Below are positions 13,201 to 29,265 of a stretch of DNA of 64,000 bases, piece after piece. Source of the DNA: the human T2T-CHM13v2.0 reference genome, Homo sapiens. Under the pieces are notes generated by a model. The model was not told where the DNA came from. It saw only the letters and a program-made list of their open reading frames with translations, and made no database searches. The translations under genes and the position numbers were made by a program. The stretch is from the NCBI RefSeq assembly GCF_009914755.1, contig NC_060928.1. One strand, written 5' to 3'. Within the stretch, counting starts at the first letter, position 1. Every line of letters starts with the position of its first letter.

Positions 13201-13374
13201 AGTTCCTTCCTGCTCCTGAGAATCACAGAATCCCTGTGGTGGGAGGGAAGTGACCATGGCTGTCTCCAGCAGACCCTCCCCTGACATCCCATCATCCTAG
13301 AATAAAGTCTGAGCTCCTCAGCATAGCATGCAGGGAAGTTTGTTGTTGCTGTTTGGTTTTTGTCTGCTTTTGCT

Positions 13375-13712
<338 letters not shown>

Positions 13713-13725
13713 TAAAAATGGTCCT

Positions 13726-14232
<507 letters not shown>

Positions 14233-14475
14233 CTACTTTCAGACACACACAGTCCTTCCTTTCGCCTTCACCTTCCCCTCGATGAGCTCCAAAGAAGCTG
14301 CACTCTGAGCAAAAGACTCACAGCCTTTTGCTTCAATTTCCTCTGCTTGTGATTCCCTCTCCTCCTTATTTCCTGGAAAACTGCAACTAAGTTGGGGCTT
14401 TAAACATCACCTTTTCCCTGAAGACTTTTTGTTCCTGTCATGAAGCAATTTTTCTCCTTTAATAGCACTATTTGA

Positions 14476-14793
<318 letters not shown>

Positions 14794-15759
14794 TAGAATA
14801 TTCTTGAATTCCTAGCTCAGCAGTCTCTCTTTCTACAAATTCAGTGCTCCTTAAAAGGCCCGGAGTGTATCTCATTCGTCATTGGCTCCCCAGTGCCATT
14901 ACCCTGCCTGACATGTAATTGACACTCAACTAATCTTGGAGAATAGAGGAAGAGGGAAGGACAGGAAAGACCAGAACTGAGTGACAGGAAGGGCGCCTGC
15001 CTTCCCTCCCACTCCCTTCACCCCACCTGCTCTACAGCCTCTTTCCGCTCCTGCCAGGCAGCTATGTAGGACTGGATCCTTGTGGTCCAGTTTGTCTGAG
15101 TTGTGTTATTTACAAGTACAGATTAATAGCTGGAAATAATTTCAAGAAAGCTTAAAAGGCAGGATAGCTGATGGTGAGAATGTAAGCAACAGATAGTGCT
15201 TATAGTTTATATTAGCTTGATTAATGATTCAAGGGAAAACTATTTCATGCAAATGTCACCTTTTCTTTAACATGTTATACAAGTAACTATATAGAAGAGT
15301 TTAGAAAAGAAAAATCCTTGGCCGTCTTTAGTCTTCACTTAAGTGCTAAAATATTTTATTATCTTTTAAATTCAGTATCTCCTACATCCCTGAAATTGGG
15401 AACACCAGAAGCAATAGAAAGTTAAAAATTAGATGTAGTTCAAAGATATTAAAGGTTTTACAAATATACTGGCCACATCAACTGTGGGGATTTACCCACA
15501 CTGTATTGAACTGGGCCCCAGATGGGACCCAAAGTCTAAAGAGACAAACCAAGGAGCAGAAGGTTTGGCTCCAGATGGGCCATGAGTGCCAGGCCTGCGT
15601 GATGGGTAGGTGTCAGGTGCACACACAAAATAGCAGCAAACACACGCATGCCCCACAATGAACACCACCACCAGACATTTATAATACAACATTCTTACTA
15701 TTTAATTATTACACTAAATAGGCCCCTTAGGGTCAGATACTTTTCGTTTTTGTTGTTTT

Positions 15760-16695
15760 TTGAAACAACCTGAAGCTTATAGAAAAGTTGGAAGCACAGT
15801 ACAAAATCTTTTCTCGAACCAGTTAAAAGTACTGGTTGTTGACAGGATATCTATCATCCCCCCAAGTGGTTGACAGGATACCTGTCATCCCCAAGTACGT
15901 AAGTGTGTAATTCCCACAAACAAGGACATTCTACATAACCTCAACATAACCGTCAAAAGCAGAGAAAATGGGAAAATTAACGTTTTTATATTACTACCAT
16001 CGAATGCTCAGACACCTTCAAGTTTGGCCAGGCATCCCAATAACACCCATTTTGCAAAAGAATCCAGTTCAGAATCATGTGTTACATTAGTTTTTATGTC
16101 TCCTTCAGTCTGGAACCGTTTCTCAGTCTTCCTTTGACTTTCACATAGCCTTGATACTTTTGAAGAATCCAGGCCAGTTATTTTGCAGATGTCCCTCAAT
16201 TTGGGTTTCTTATGTTTCCTCTTGGTTAGATTCAGGTTATGCATCTTTGGACAGGAATAACACAGAATGACCATAATTTTGAGTTGTCCCATTACTGATG
16301 ATGTTCACTTAGGTCACTTGCTTAAAATGCTACCTACCAGAATTCTCCTTTATACCATCACATTTCTTGTTATTAGTACTTTTTGGAAAAGTACTTTGAA
16401 ATTATGTAAAAATTCTCATCCCATATGAAATGTTGTATTTGTTTAAATCCACTTATTTCATTATGGGCTCACGGTTTCCTGCTTTATCCAGTAAGTAATA
16501 ATCCATCACCAACATTGTTCATTTTGATGCTCAAGTTATCCCAGATTTGGCTAGCAGTAGCCCCTTCAATCTGGCTTCTGTGTCCTTTTGACATGTCCCT
16601 GTCATTCTTTATACACTTCCTTATGTTTTGGCACAAAAGATGTTCCAGGGTCATCTTTTCCCACCCCAGCCCTGGAATAATCCATTTTGTGAAGG
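15760..16695 (-). mobile_element. Old L1M (L1MC-type) fragment; resumes at ~18467-18620
   Basis: Reverse-strand version of the L1MC-like 3' motifs (TTAGATTCAGGTTATGCA, CCCAGCCCTGGAATAATCCATTT). Confidence 0.65.
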
Positions 16696-16775
16696 AACTT
16701 GTTGGAGGTGGGGCCTGGTGGGAGGGGATTGGATTACGGGTGTTGCAGGGGTTCTAATCATTTAGCACCATCCCC

Positions 16776-17850
16776 TGTTGCGGGAAGTCAGGGACCCCGA
16801 ATGGAGGGACCAGCTGGAGCTGCAGCAGAGGAAGATGAATTGTGAAGATTTCATGGATATTTATCAGTTCCTAAATAATACTTTTATAATTTCTTATGAC
16901 TGTCTTTACTTTAATCTCTTAATCCTGTTATCTTCATAAGCTGAGGATGTACGTCACCTCAGGACCACTGTGATAATTGTGTTAACTGTATAAATTGATT
17001 GTAAAACATGTGTATTTGAACAATATGAAATCAGTGCACCTTGAAAAAGAACAGAATAACAGCAATTTTTAGGGAACAAGGGAAGACAACCATAAGGTCT
17101 GACTGCCTGCGGGGTTGGGCAAAAAGAGCCATATTTTTCTTCTTGTAGAGAGCCTATAAATGGACGTGCAAGTAGGAGAGATATTGCTAAATTCTTTTCC
17201 TAGCAAGGAATATTAATATTAATACTGTGGGAAAGGAATGCATTCCTGGGGGGAGATCTATAAACGGCCACTCTGTGAGTGTCTGTCTTATGCGGTTGAG
17301 ATAAGGACTGAGATACGCCCTGGTCTCCTGCAGTACCCTCAGCTTACTAGGATGGGGAAAAAACTCCGCCCTGGTAAATTTGTGGTCAAACCGGTTCTCT
17401 GCTCTTGAACCCTGTTTTCTATTGTTTAAGATGTTTATCAAGACAATACATGCACCGCTGAACATAGACCCTTATCAGTAGTTCTGCTTTTGCCCTTTGC
17501 CTTGTGATCTTTGTTGGACCCTTATCAGTAGCAGTAGTTCTGCTTTTGCCCTTTGGCCTGTTCCCTCAGAAGCATGTGATCTTTGTTCTGCTTTTTGCCC
17601 TTTGAAGCATGTGATCTTTGTACCTACTCTGTTCTTACACCCCCTCCCCTTCTGAAACCCTTAATAAAAAACTTGCTGGTTTGAGGCTCAGGTGGGCATC
17701 ACGGTCCTACCGATATGTGATGTCACCCCTGGCGACCCAGCTGTAAAATTCTTCTTTTTATACTCTTTCTCTTTATTTCTTAGCCAGCTGACACTTATGG
17801 AAAAATAGAAAGAACCTACGTTGAAATATTGGGGGCAGGTTCCCCTGATA
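16776..17850 (+). mobile_element. MER11 (MER11A-like; HERV-K11/HML-8) solo LTR, 1075 bp
   Basis: Starts TGTTGCGGGAAGTCAGGGACCCCGAA, ends GGTTCCCCTGATA; 6-bp TSD ATCCCC at 16770-16775 and 17851-17856; internal GACCCTTATCAGTAG/TTCTGCTTTTGCCCTTTG repeats; AATAAA near 17663. Confidence 0.92.
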
Positions 17851-17859
17851 ATCCCCCTA

Positions 17860-18273
<414 letters not shown>

Positions 18274-18560
18274 CTATTGGCCATAGGAAGATGTGCCTGC
18301 TTCTGCTTTCCCTTCATCTTCTGTCATTATTGTAAGTTTTCTGAGCCCTCCCCAGAAGCAGAAGCCTGTACAGCCTGCAGAACTGTAAGCCAATTAAACC
18401 TCTTTTCTTTATAAATTACCCAGTCTCAGATATATCTTTATAGCAGTGCAAGAAAACATTAATACAGAACTCTAGTTCCCTTTCATGGAGAATGGTATTT
18501 AAAAACCCAAGATCACAGTGTTAAACATTCTTATTGCTATAGGGGTGACAGTGTTCCTGA

Positions 18561-18941
<381 letters not shown>

Positions 18942-20626
18942 TTACATATTTACTTTTTTGATCTGCCTCCTTGTCTATAACCAATCTCCCAATGCTACTG
19001 CCACCCCCCTCTGCCTTGTGTATGGCCTCCTCACACCACTTGGAACCCAACATCCCAACCCAGGATGCTCTCCCCAACAGACCCCTTCTCACTCTGCTCT
19101 GGACCACCACAGTCCCCCAACTTGCCACTCTGGGGCAGAAAATCTTTTTGCCAGGCTGCACCTAGTGGCTCTGAGACTGTATTGTGGAGGAAGGGAAGAG
19201 GAACATGGTCAGATATCTCTGAGACATCCCCAAATGTCTAGAAGAAGATACTGTATATATCTGCTGATTAAATAAATTGATTTTATATCACTAGATCCAG
19301 ATTGTTAGATCATATCATTCAATCATGTTTTAGGTCACTTTTAAATTGAGATATAATTCATATACTATTGAATCCACAGATATTTAAGTGAACAATTCAG
19401 TAGGGTTTTATTATATTCAAAAGATTATGCAATCACCACCACTTAATAATTTCAGACATTTTCACCAACCCCAAAAAGATACTTTATAGTAACACTCAGT
19501 CCCCATTCTCCCCTTCCTCCAGCCCCTAGCAATTTCTATCTGTATGCATTTGCCTATTGGGAATATTTTATATAAATGGAATCATACAAAATGTGGCCTT
19601 TTGTCTTCTTTCAGTTAGAATAATGATTTCAAGAATTGTCCATGTTGTAGAATGTACTTCATTCCTTTTTATGACCAAATAATATTTCATGGTATGGATA
19701 TATAATAGTTTGTTTATACATATTCATCACTTGGTGGATATTCAGTCATCCCAGCACCATTGTCAAAAAGACTATTTTAACATATTGAATTGTCTCAGCA
19801 TCCTTGTTAAAGTTAGTTGACCATAAATGTAAGAGTTTATTTCTGGACTCTAAAATTTATTCCTTTGATCTATATATCTATCTTTATGCCAGTACCATAC
19901 TGTCTTGATTACTGTAGCTTTATAGCAAGTTTTGAAATGGAAAAGTGTGAGTTCTCCAACTTTGTTCTAGGATTGTTTCGACTATTCTGGATCCCTTATA
20001 TTTCCATTTGAATTTTAGGATACACTTGTCAATTTCTACAAAGAAGCCAGTTGAGATTTTGATAGGGACTGCATTGAATCTGTAGATCTATTTAGGGAAG
20101 ACTATATTAAGTCTTCTAGTTAATGCATATGTATTTCTATTTATTTGGGTCTTCTTTACTTTCTTTCAATGATGTTTTGTTTTCAGTGTGCACATTTTGT
20201 GCTTGTTAAATTTACTTCTAAATATCTTATTCTTTTGATATTATAAATGAAATTGTTTTAATTTCATTTTAGAGTATTCATTGCTAATGTAAAAAAATAC
20301 AGTTGATTTTTGTATCTTGATCTTACACTGTGATCTATTGAACTTATTAGTTGTAATAGATTTTATGTAGATTCCTTAGGATTTTTTACATATAAGATCA
20401 TGTTATCAGCAACTAGAGATAGTATTACTTCTTCTTCTCCAATATGATGCCTTTTATTTTGTCTTCTATCTAAGTGCCCTGGCTAGAATACCTATCACAA
20501 GGTTGAATAGACATAGTGAGAACTGACATCCTTGTCTTGTTTTTGATCATAGAATAAACACATGCAGTTTTTTACCATTAAATATTATATTCTCTGTGGT
20601 TTTTTTTTATAGATTCACTTTATCAA

Positions 20627-21010
20627 TGTTATAGGCTGGTTTTCTCCCCAAGTTTATATGTTGAGGTTCTAACCCCCAAGGTGATCCTATTTGCTGATAG
20701 GACCTATAAGGAGATAATAAAGGTTAGGTGAGGTCATAAGGGTGGGGCCTTTATCCAATAGGACAGGTGTCCTTATAAGAAGAGAAAGAGACACCAGAGA
20801 GCTGTCACTCTGCATATGCACATAGAAAAACCATGTAAGGACACAGAAAATAGCCATCTCCAAGCCAAGAAGAGTGGCCTTACCAGGAACCAACCCTAAC
20901 AGTACCTTGATCTTGAATTTCTAGCTCCAGAACTGTGAGAAAATTAATCTCTGTTGTTGAGCCACCCAGTCTGTGGTACTTTGTTACAGCAGTGCAAGCA
21001 AACTAATACA
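20627..21010 (+). mobile_element. MLT1 (MLT1A/B-like) MaLR solo LTR
   Basis: TGTTATAGGCTG…TATGTTGAGGTTCTAACCCC…GGTGTCCTTATAAGAAGAG…TCCAGAACTGTGAGAAAA…AACTAATACA. Confidence 0.85.
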
Positions 21011-21126
21011 GTCAGGTTGAGAACATCCCCTTCTATTCCTAGTTTGTTGAGTGTTTTTCATCATGAAAAAGGGTTAGAGTTTTTGTCAAATGCTTTTTCT
21101 GCATTTATTGCGAGGATCATATGGAT

Positions 21127-21565
<439 letters not shown>

Positions 21566-22190
21566 GACCATGTGGTTTTTATCCTTCATTCTGTTGACAT
21601 GGTATATTACATTGATTGATTTCCATACATTAAATCAACCACGCATTCCTGGGATAGATTCCACTTGGTCATGATGTATAATCCTTTTTATGTTGCTAGA
21701 TTTGGTTTACTAGTATTTTGTTGAATATATTTTGTATCTATATTCATAGCAGGTATTAGTCTGCAGTTTTCTTGTTATATCTTTGTCTGCTTTGGTAACA
21801 GAGTAATAAATGAATTGGAAGTGTTTCCTCCTCGTTTATTTTTCTGGAAACAGTTTGTGAAGAATTTCTGTTAATTATTCTATAAATGTTTGCTAGAATT
21901 TACCAGTGAAGTTATTCAGGCTTCACCTTTTCTTTGTGGGAAGTTTGTTGATTAATGATTTAATTTTTTAACTTGTTATAGGTCTATTCAAATTTTCTCT
22001 TTATTCTTGAATCAATTTTGGTAGTTTGTATCTTTCTACGGATTTATCAATTTTATTGAATTGATCTAATTTGTTGGAATTGTTCGCAGTACTCCCTTAT
22101 ACTAATTCTTATTTCTATAAGATCAGTAGTGATGTCCTTATTTTATTCCTGATTTTAGTAGTTTAAATGTTTTCTCATATTTCTTAGTCG

Positions 22191-22858
22191 GTATCTTAGT
22201 TCAGCAGTCCCCAACCTTTTTGGCACCAGGGACCAGTTTCATGGAAGACAATTTTTCCATGGACGAAGAGGGGGTTGAATGGGATGGTTTCAGGATGAAA
22301 CTGTCACCTCAGATCCTCAGGCATTACTTAGATTCATAAGAAGCACACAACCTAGATCCCTCACATGCGCAGTTCACAAAAGGGTTCACAGTCTTATGAG
22401 AATCTAATGCTGCCACTGATCTGACAGGAGGCAGAGCTCAGGCAGTAATGCTCTCTGGCCTGCTGCTCACCTCCTCCTGTGTAGCTCAGTTCCTAACGGG
22501 TTACACGTCTACAGCCCAGGGGATGGGGACACCTGTCTTAGTTCATCTGGACTGCAGTAACAAAATACCATACACTGAGTGGCTTATAAGTAACAGAAAT
22601 TTGGAGGATGGGAAGTTCAGGATCAAGGCACCAGCAGATTTAGTGTCTAGTAAAGACTTGCTTCCACCTAGACAGCCATCTTCTTCCTGTGTCCTCACAG
22701 GGTGGAAGGGTCTCTCTCAAGCCTCTTTTATAAAGGCACTCATCCCACCTTCATGATCTAGTCACCTTCCAAAGGCCCCACCTTCTAATGCCATCATCTT
22801 GTGGTTGAGGACTTTAACATATGAATATTGAGGGGACATAAACATTCAGACCGTAGCA
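22191..22858 (-). mobile_element. MLT1A/MST-type MaLR LTR hosting MER1B
   Basis: TCTTAGTTCATCTGGACTGCAGTAACAAAATACCAT…CCAAAGGCCCCACCTTCTAAT…CATTCAGACCGTAGCA. Confidence 0.8.
22202..22535 (+). mobile_element. MER1B hAT-Charlie MITE
   Basis: TIRs CAGCAGTCCCCAACC … GGGGACACCTG; 8-bp TSD TCTTAGTT at 22194-22201 and 22536-22543. Confidence 0.9.
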
Positions 22859-23522
22859 ATCAGTCTCACTAATGTTTTGTCAATTATATCATTTAAGAAT
22901 CAACTTTTAAAAAAATTTTCCTGATTGCTTTTCTATTCTTTATCTATTTTTATTAGTTATTATTTCCTTACTTCCACTTGCTTTGAATTTAGTTTGTACG
23001 TCACTTTCCAGTTTTTTTTTTAAGGTGTAAGGTTAGGTTCTTGGTTTTATATCTTCCCTTTTTATTGTAGGTATTGATAGCTATACATTTCTCTCTAAGC
23101 ATTACCTTCGCTGCATCCCTAAAGTTTTCATGTGTTGTGTGTTTGTTTATCTCAAAATATTTTCTAATTCCCTTGTGATTTCTTTTTTGACCTATTGGTT
23201 ATTTAAGTTTATTGTTTAATATTTACAAATTTTTAATTATTGATTTTAAATTTAATTTTTATTATGGCTGAAGATGTCATCATAGTTCCGTGATTTCATG
23301 CCTCTTAAATGTACCGAGACTTATTTTATGGCCCAATATATGGTCTATCTTGAAGAAAGTTCCATGAGCACTTGAAAAGAATGTATTTTCTGTTGTCATA
23401 AGGTAAAGTATCCTATAGATCTCTGTTAGATCTAGTTGGTTTATTGTGTTGTTCAAGTCTTTTAATTTCTTGTTGATTTTCTGCCTAGTTGTTCTATCTG
23501 TAATTGAAAGTGGAGCACTTAA

Positions 23523-23775
23523 CCACATATTCTCACTTATAGGTGAGAGCTAAACAATGAATACACATGGACATAAAGATGAAAATAATAGACACTGGGA
23601 AATCCAAAAAAGGAAATGGAGGGCACTGAGGTTGAAAAATTACCCACTGGATACAATGTTCACCATTTGGTAATGAGTACACTAGAAGCCCAAACCCCAC
23701 AATTACACAGTATACCCATATAACAAACCTACACAGGTACCCCTGAATCTAAAATAAAATTAAATTTACAAAAAA
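23523..23775 (+). mobile_element. Short L1PB/L1MA 3'-end insertion inside the older L1
   Basis: CACATATTCTCACTTATAGGTGAGAGCTAAAC…CATATAACAAACCTACACAGGTACCCCTGAATCTAAAATAAAA. Confidence 0.85.
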
Positions 23776-24274
23776 TGTGAGTGGGGTATTTAATTGTCCA
23801 ACTATTATTGTTGAATTGTCTATTTCCTCCTTTAGTTCTGTCAGTTTTTGCTTCATGTGTTTGTGGGCTCTGTTGTTAGGTACACATTTATTTATAATTG
23901 CTGTCTTCCTGATAGACTGACCATTTTATCATTATAAAATGCCCTCTTTTTTAAAAAATATATTTTCCAGCTGGATCTGGAGACTCTTAAAAATGCTCTT
24001 CTTTATCTCTGTAACAACTTTTGTCTTGGAGACTAAATTGTCTGACATTAGAGAAACCATTCTAACTCTTTGATTACTACTGTCTGAGGTATTTTTTACT
24101 TTCACTTTATGTGTCTTTGAATCTAGAGTATATCTCTTATACACAACGTATACTTGAATTATGTTTTCTTCCTTTTTCTTTTTTTGGCCAATTTCTTACT
24201 TTTAAAAATTTTATACTTATTTATTTTTAGAAACAGGGTCTCACTCTGTCACCCAGGCTGCAGTGCAGTGGTAT

Positions 24275-25828
24275 TGAGAGATGACAGCGTGCTGGCAGTC
24301 CTCACAGCCCTCCCTCGCTCTCGGCGCCTCCTCTGCCTGGGCTCCCACTTTGGCGGCACTTGAGGAGCCCTTCAGCCCACCGCTGCACTGTGGGAGCCCC
24401 TTTCTGGGCTGGCCAAGGCCAGAGCCGGCTCCCTCAGCTTGCAGGGAGGTGTGGAGGGAGAGGCGCCAGTGGGAACCCGGGCTGCGCGAGGTGCTTGCAG
24501 GCCAGCTGGAGTTCCCGGTTAGACTGGGCTTGGTGGGCCCCGCACTCGGAGCAGCCGGCGGGCCCTGCTGGCCCCGGGCAATGAGGGGCTTAGCACCCGG
24601 GCCAGCAGCTACGGCGGGTGTACTGGGTCCCCCAGCAGTCCCAGCCCACCTGCGCTGCACTCGATTTCTCGGCGGGCCTTAGCTGCCTTCCTGTGGGGCA
24701 GGGCTCAGGACCTGCAGCCCGCCATGCCTGAGCTTCCCACCCCCTCTGTGGGCTCCTGTGCAGCCTGAACCTCCTCAATGAGCGCCGCCCCCTGCTCCAC
24801 GGTGCCCAGTCCCATCGACCACCCAAGGGCTGAGGAGTGCAGGCGCAAGGCACGGGACTGGCAGGCAGCTCCACCTGCAGCACAGGTGTGGGATCCACTG
24901 GATGAAGCCAGCTGGGCTCCTGAGTCTGGTGGGGATGTGGAGAACCTTTATGTCTAGCTCAGGGATTGTAAATACACCAGTCAGCACACTGTGTCTAGCT
25001 CAGGGTTTGTGAATGCACCAGTCGACACTCTGTATCTAGCTACTCTGGTGGGGCCTTGGAGAACCTTTATGTCTAGCTCAGGGATTGTAAATACACCAAT
25101 CGGCACTCTGTATCTAGCTCAAGGTTTGTAAATACACCAATCAGCACCCTGTGTCTAGCTCAGGGTTTGTGAATGCACCAATCGACACTCTGTATCTAGC
25201 TACTCTGGTGGGGCCTTGGAGAACCTTTGTGTCCACACTCTGTATCTAGCTAATCTGGTGGGGAGGTGGAGAACCTTTATGTCTAGCTCAGGGATTGTAA
25301 ACGCACCAATCAGCGCCCTGTCAAAACAGACCACTCAGCTCTACCAAGCAGCAGGATGTGGGTGGGGCCAGATAAGAAAATAAATGCAGGCTGCCAGAGC
25401 CAGCAGTGGCAACCCGCTCGGGTACCCTTCCACACAGTGGAAGCTTTGTTCTTTTGCTTTTTGCAATAAATCTTGCTACTGCTCAGTCTTTGGGTCCACG
25501 TTGCTTTTATGAGCTGTAACACCGCTAAGGTCTGCGGCTTCACTCCTGAAGCCAGCGAGACCACGAGCCCACCGGGAGGAACAAACAACACCAGACGTGC
25601 TGCTTTAAGAGCTGTTAACAGTCACCGCGAAGGGCTGCAGCTTCACTCCTGAGCCAGCGAGACCACGATCCCACCGGAAGGAAGAAACTCTGAACGCATC
25701 AGAACATCAGAAGGAACAAACTCCAGACGCGCCACCTTAAGAGCTGTAACACTCACTGCGAGCGTCCGAGCGTCCGTGGCTTCATTCTTGAAGTCAGTGA
25801 GACAAAGAACCCACCAATTCCGGACACA
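24275..25828 (+). mobile_element. LTR12C (ERV9) solo LTR, 1554 bp
   Basis: Starts TGAGAGATGACAGCGTGCTGGCAG, ends CCAATTCCGGACACA; 4-bp TSD GTAT at 24271-24274 and 25829-25832; CpG-rich 5' part; U3 tandem repeats with CCAAT and TATCTAGCT. Confidence 0.95.
24940..25410 (+). promoter_or_regulatory. ERV9 U3 enhancer repeats (NF-Y CCAAT, GATA) and LTR core promoter
   Basis: Repeated CACCAATC and TATCTAGCT units, then GATAAGAAAATAAA (TATA-like) at ~25371-25384 upstream of the usual LTR12 start region. Activity is inferred from family knowledge. Confidence 0.65.
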
Positions 25829-26943
25829 GTATGATCTTGGCTCACTGCAGCCTCAACTTCCTGGGCTCAAGTGATCCTCCCACCTCAACCTCCTGAGTAG
25901 TTAGGACTACAGGTGCATGTCATCATGCGTGGTTACTTAAAAAAATTCTTTTTGTAGAGATGGGGCCTTGCTCTATTGCCCAGGCTGGTCCCACGCTCCT
26001 GGCCCCAAGCAGTCTTCCTGCCTTGGCCTCTCAAAGTGTTGGGATTACAGGCATAAGCCAACATACCCAGCACAATCTCTGGCATTTGATTGGATTGTTT
26101 AGTCCATTTACATTTAATGTGGTCATAGTCATTGATTTGGTAGGATTTATGTCTGTTATTTTGCTATTTGTTTTCTATAAGTCTTAAATATTTTTTGTTT
26201 CTCTATTTCTTCATGCTTGCTTTTGTGGTAGATATTTTCTATCATTTTAGCCTTGCATTTCATTTAAATAGTACACTATTTTAATTCCCTTGTTGTATCT
26301 TTTAGTATGCATTTTTGAGTTACTTTCTTAGTGGCTGGTCTGGGGATTATCATTAATATCTTATTTCAAAATAATCTAGTTAGGATTAATACCAACTTAA
26401 TTTCCATCATATGAAAAACTTTGCTTCAGTATAACTCCATTTCCTCCTTCCTCCTTTGTGCTATTAGTTTTAGACAAATTACATTTTTCTAAATTATATG
26501 CCTATCAATATAATTCTATAATTATTGTTTTATGCAGTTATCTTTTAAATCACATAGGAGAAAAGAGAAGTTACAAATCAAAAATATATTAATACTGACT
26601 TTATAATATACCTATGTAGTTACCAGTGCCCTTTATTTCTTTATGTGGATTTGAGTTCATGTGTATGGTCCTTTCATTTTAGCCTGAAATATTCTCTTTA
26701 GCATTTCTTGCAGGGCAGGTCTGCTAGTGAAAAAAATTCTCAATTTTTGTATATCTGAGAATATCTTACTTTCTCTTTCATTTTCGAGGCATAAAAGCAT
26801 AGTATTCCTGCATACTACAAATTTCTGCATACATAGAATACTTGGCTGACAGTCTGTCTTTTAGCACTTTGAATATGTCATCCTCCTGCCTTCTGGCTTC
26901 CATGGTTTCTGCTGATAATTCATGTTAATCTTATTGAGGATCT

Positions 26944-26945
<2 letters not shown>

Positions 26946-26986
<41 letters not shown>

Positions 26987-27563
26987 GCTCTGAGTTGAGT
27001 CTTGCTCTATCACCTAGGCTGGAGTGCAGTGGTACAATCACAGCTCAGTGAAGCCTCGACTTTCCAAGCTCAAGCAATCCTCCCCACCACAGCCTCCCAA
27101 GTTGCTGGGACTACAGGTGCACACGACTTTGCCTATTTTTTGTATTTCTTATAGAGACAGGATTTCATCATGTTGCCAGGCTGGTCTCAAACTCCTGGGC
27201 TCAAGGGATCCACCCATATCAGCCTCCCAAAGTGCTGCGATTACAGGCATGAGCCTGTAATGCCTGGCTTTTTTTTTTTTTAAGAGATTCTGTCACCCAG
27301 GAGTGTAGTGGTGGGATCAGAGCTCACTGCAGCTTTGAACTCCTGGACTCCAGTGATCCTTCTGTCTCAGCCTCCTGAGAATTTAGGACTACAGGCATGC
27401 ACTACCATGCCCAGCTAAATTTATTTTTATTTGGATAGAGATGAGAGCTGACTACATTGCCCAGGCTGTTCTCAAACTCCTGGCCAGGCCTGGCCTCAAG
27501 CAATCTTTCTGTGTTGGCCTCCCAAAACACTGGGATTAGAGTCATGAGTCACTGTGCCCAGCC
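26946..27563 (-). mobile_element. (TC)n microsatellite followed by two tandem AluJ elements
   Basis: (TC)n at 26946-26982; AluJ at ~26983-27268 and ~27269-27563. Confidence 0.85.
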
Positions 27564-28016
27564 TTTACTAAGGATCTGTTGTATATGATAGTCATTTTTC
27601 ATTTTCTACTCTCCAGATTCTCTGTCTTTACCTTTTAACAGTTTGACTGTGATGAATCTTTGAGCTTATCTTACTCAGAGTTTGTTAAACCTCTGAATAT
27701 ATAGATTACTGTTTTTCATCAAATGTGGGAAGTTTTGGCTATTATTTCTTCATATATTCTTTCTTCCCTTGTCTCTCTCATTTACTTCTGGGATTACCAT
27801 TTTGCTATGTTGGCACATTTGATGGTGTCCCACAGTCTCAGAGGCTCTGTTCATTTTTCTTCATTTTTTTTTTCTTTTCTGTCAGAGTGGATAATCTCAA
27901 TTGATCTATATTCAAGTTCACTGATTACTTTTTGACAGCACAAATCTACTCTTGAGCTCCTCTAGTAAATTTTAGTAAATTCTTTATTTTTTATTATACT
28001 TCTCAACTCCAGAATT

Positions 28017-28617
<601 letters not shown>

Positions 28618-28763
28618 AACTCCAGAATTTTTAAAATAATTGCTATCTTTTTATTGATACCCTCTGCTTGATAAAACATTATTCTCATACTTTAACTCTT
28701 TAGATACAATTTCCTTTAGTGCTTTGAACATATTTATAATAGCTGATTTAAAGTCTTTGTCTG

Positions 28764-29265
28764 AGCCGAGCATGGTGGCTCACACCTGTAATTCCAGCAC
28801 TTTGGGAGGCTGAGGTGGGTGGATAGATTGAGGCCAGGAGTTCAAGACCAGCCTGGCTTCAGGTAGAAATACCGGGTACAATTTGTTTTTCTTTGCGTAA
28901 ATAAATAATACATCTGTTTATGCAGTGTTCTTTTAAGGAAGACAATTAAAATTCTTAACACTAAACAATTTCAAGAATTGTATGTCAAAGCCGGGTGGAT
29001 CACTTGAGGTCAGAAATTAGACACCAGCCTGACCAACATGGCAAAACCCCATCTCTATGAAAAATACAAAAGTTAGCCAGGCATAGAGGTGGGAACCTGT
29101 AATCCCAGCTACTTAGGGATCAGCTGAGGCAGGAGAATTGCTTGAACCCAGGAGGCAGAGGTTGCAGTGAGCCAAGATCGCACCACTGCTCTTCAGCCTG
29201 GGTGACAGAGTGAGACTCTGTGTCAAAACATACATACATACATACATACAGAATAAATAAAAATA
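28764..29265 (+). mobile_element. Chimeric Alu: left-arm fragment, 132-bp non-Alu filler, then a 5'-truncated Alu
   Basis: Alu 28764-28857, filler 28858-28989, Alu resumes at 28990; flanking near-TSD AAAGTCTTTGTCTG / ATAGTTTTTGTCTG. Confidence 0.85.

Larger units (their letters stand above)
24220..26075 (-). mobile_element. AluJ split by LTR12C
   Basis: The Alu breaks at …GTGCAGTGGTAT| and resumes |GTATGATCTTGGCTCACTGCAGCC. Confidence 0.9.

Noticed and set aside
23280-24144. ORFs resembling an endonuclease
   Set aside because: Fragmented L1 ORF2 remnants, not a gene.
24241-24987. Several 70-139 aa GC-rich ORFs and a CpG-island-like stretch
   Set aside because: All lie within the GC-rich 5' part of LTR12C; not a host gene or host promoter.
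24940-25320. Repeat array superficially like CRISPR
   Set aside because: These are ERV9 U3 tandem enhancer units with no unique spacers, in eukaryotic DNA with no cas genes.
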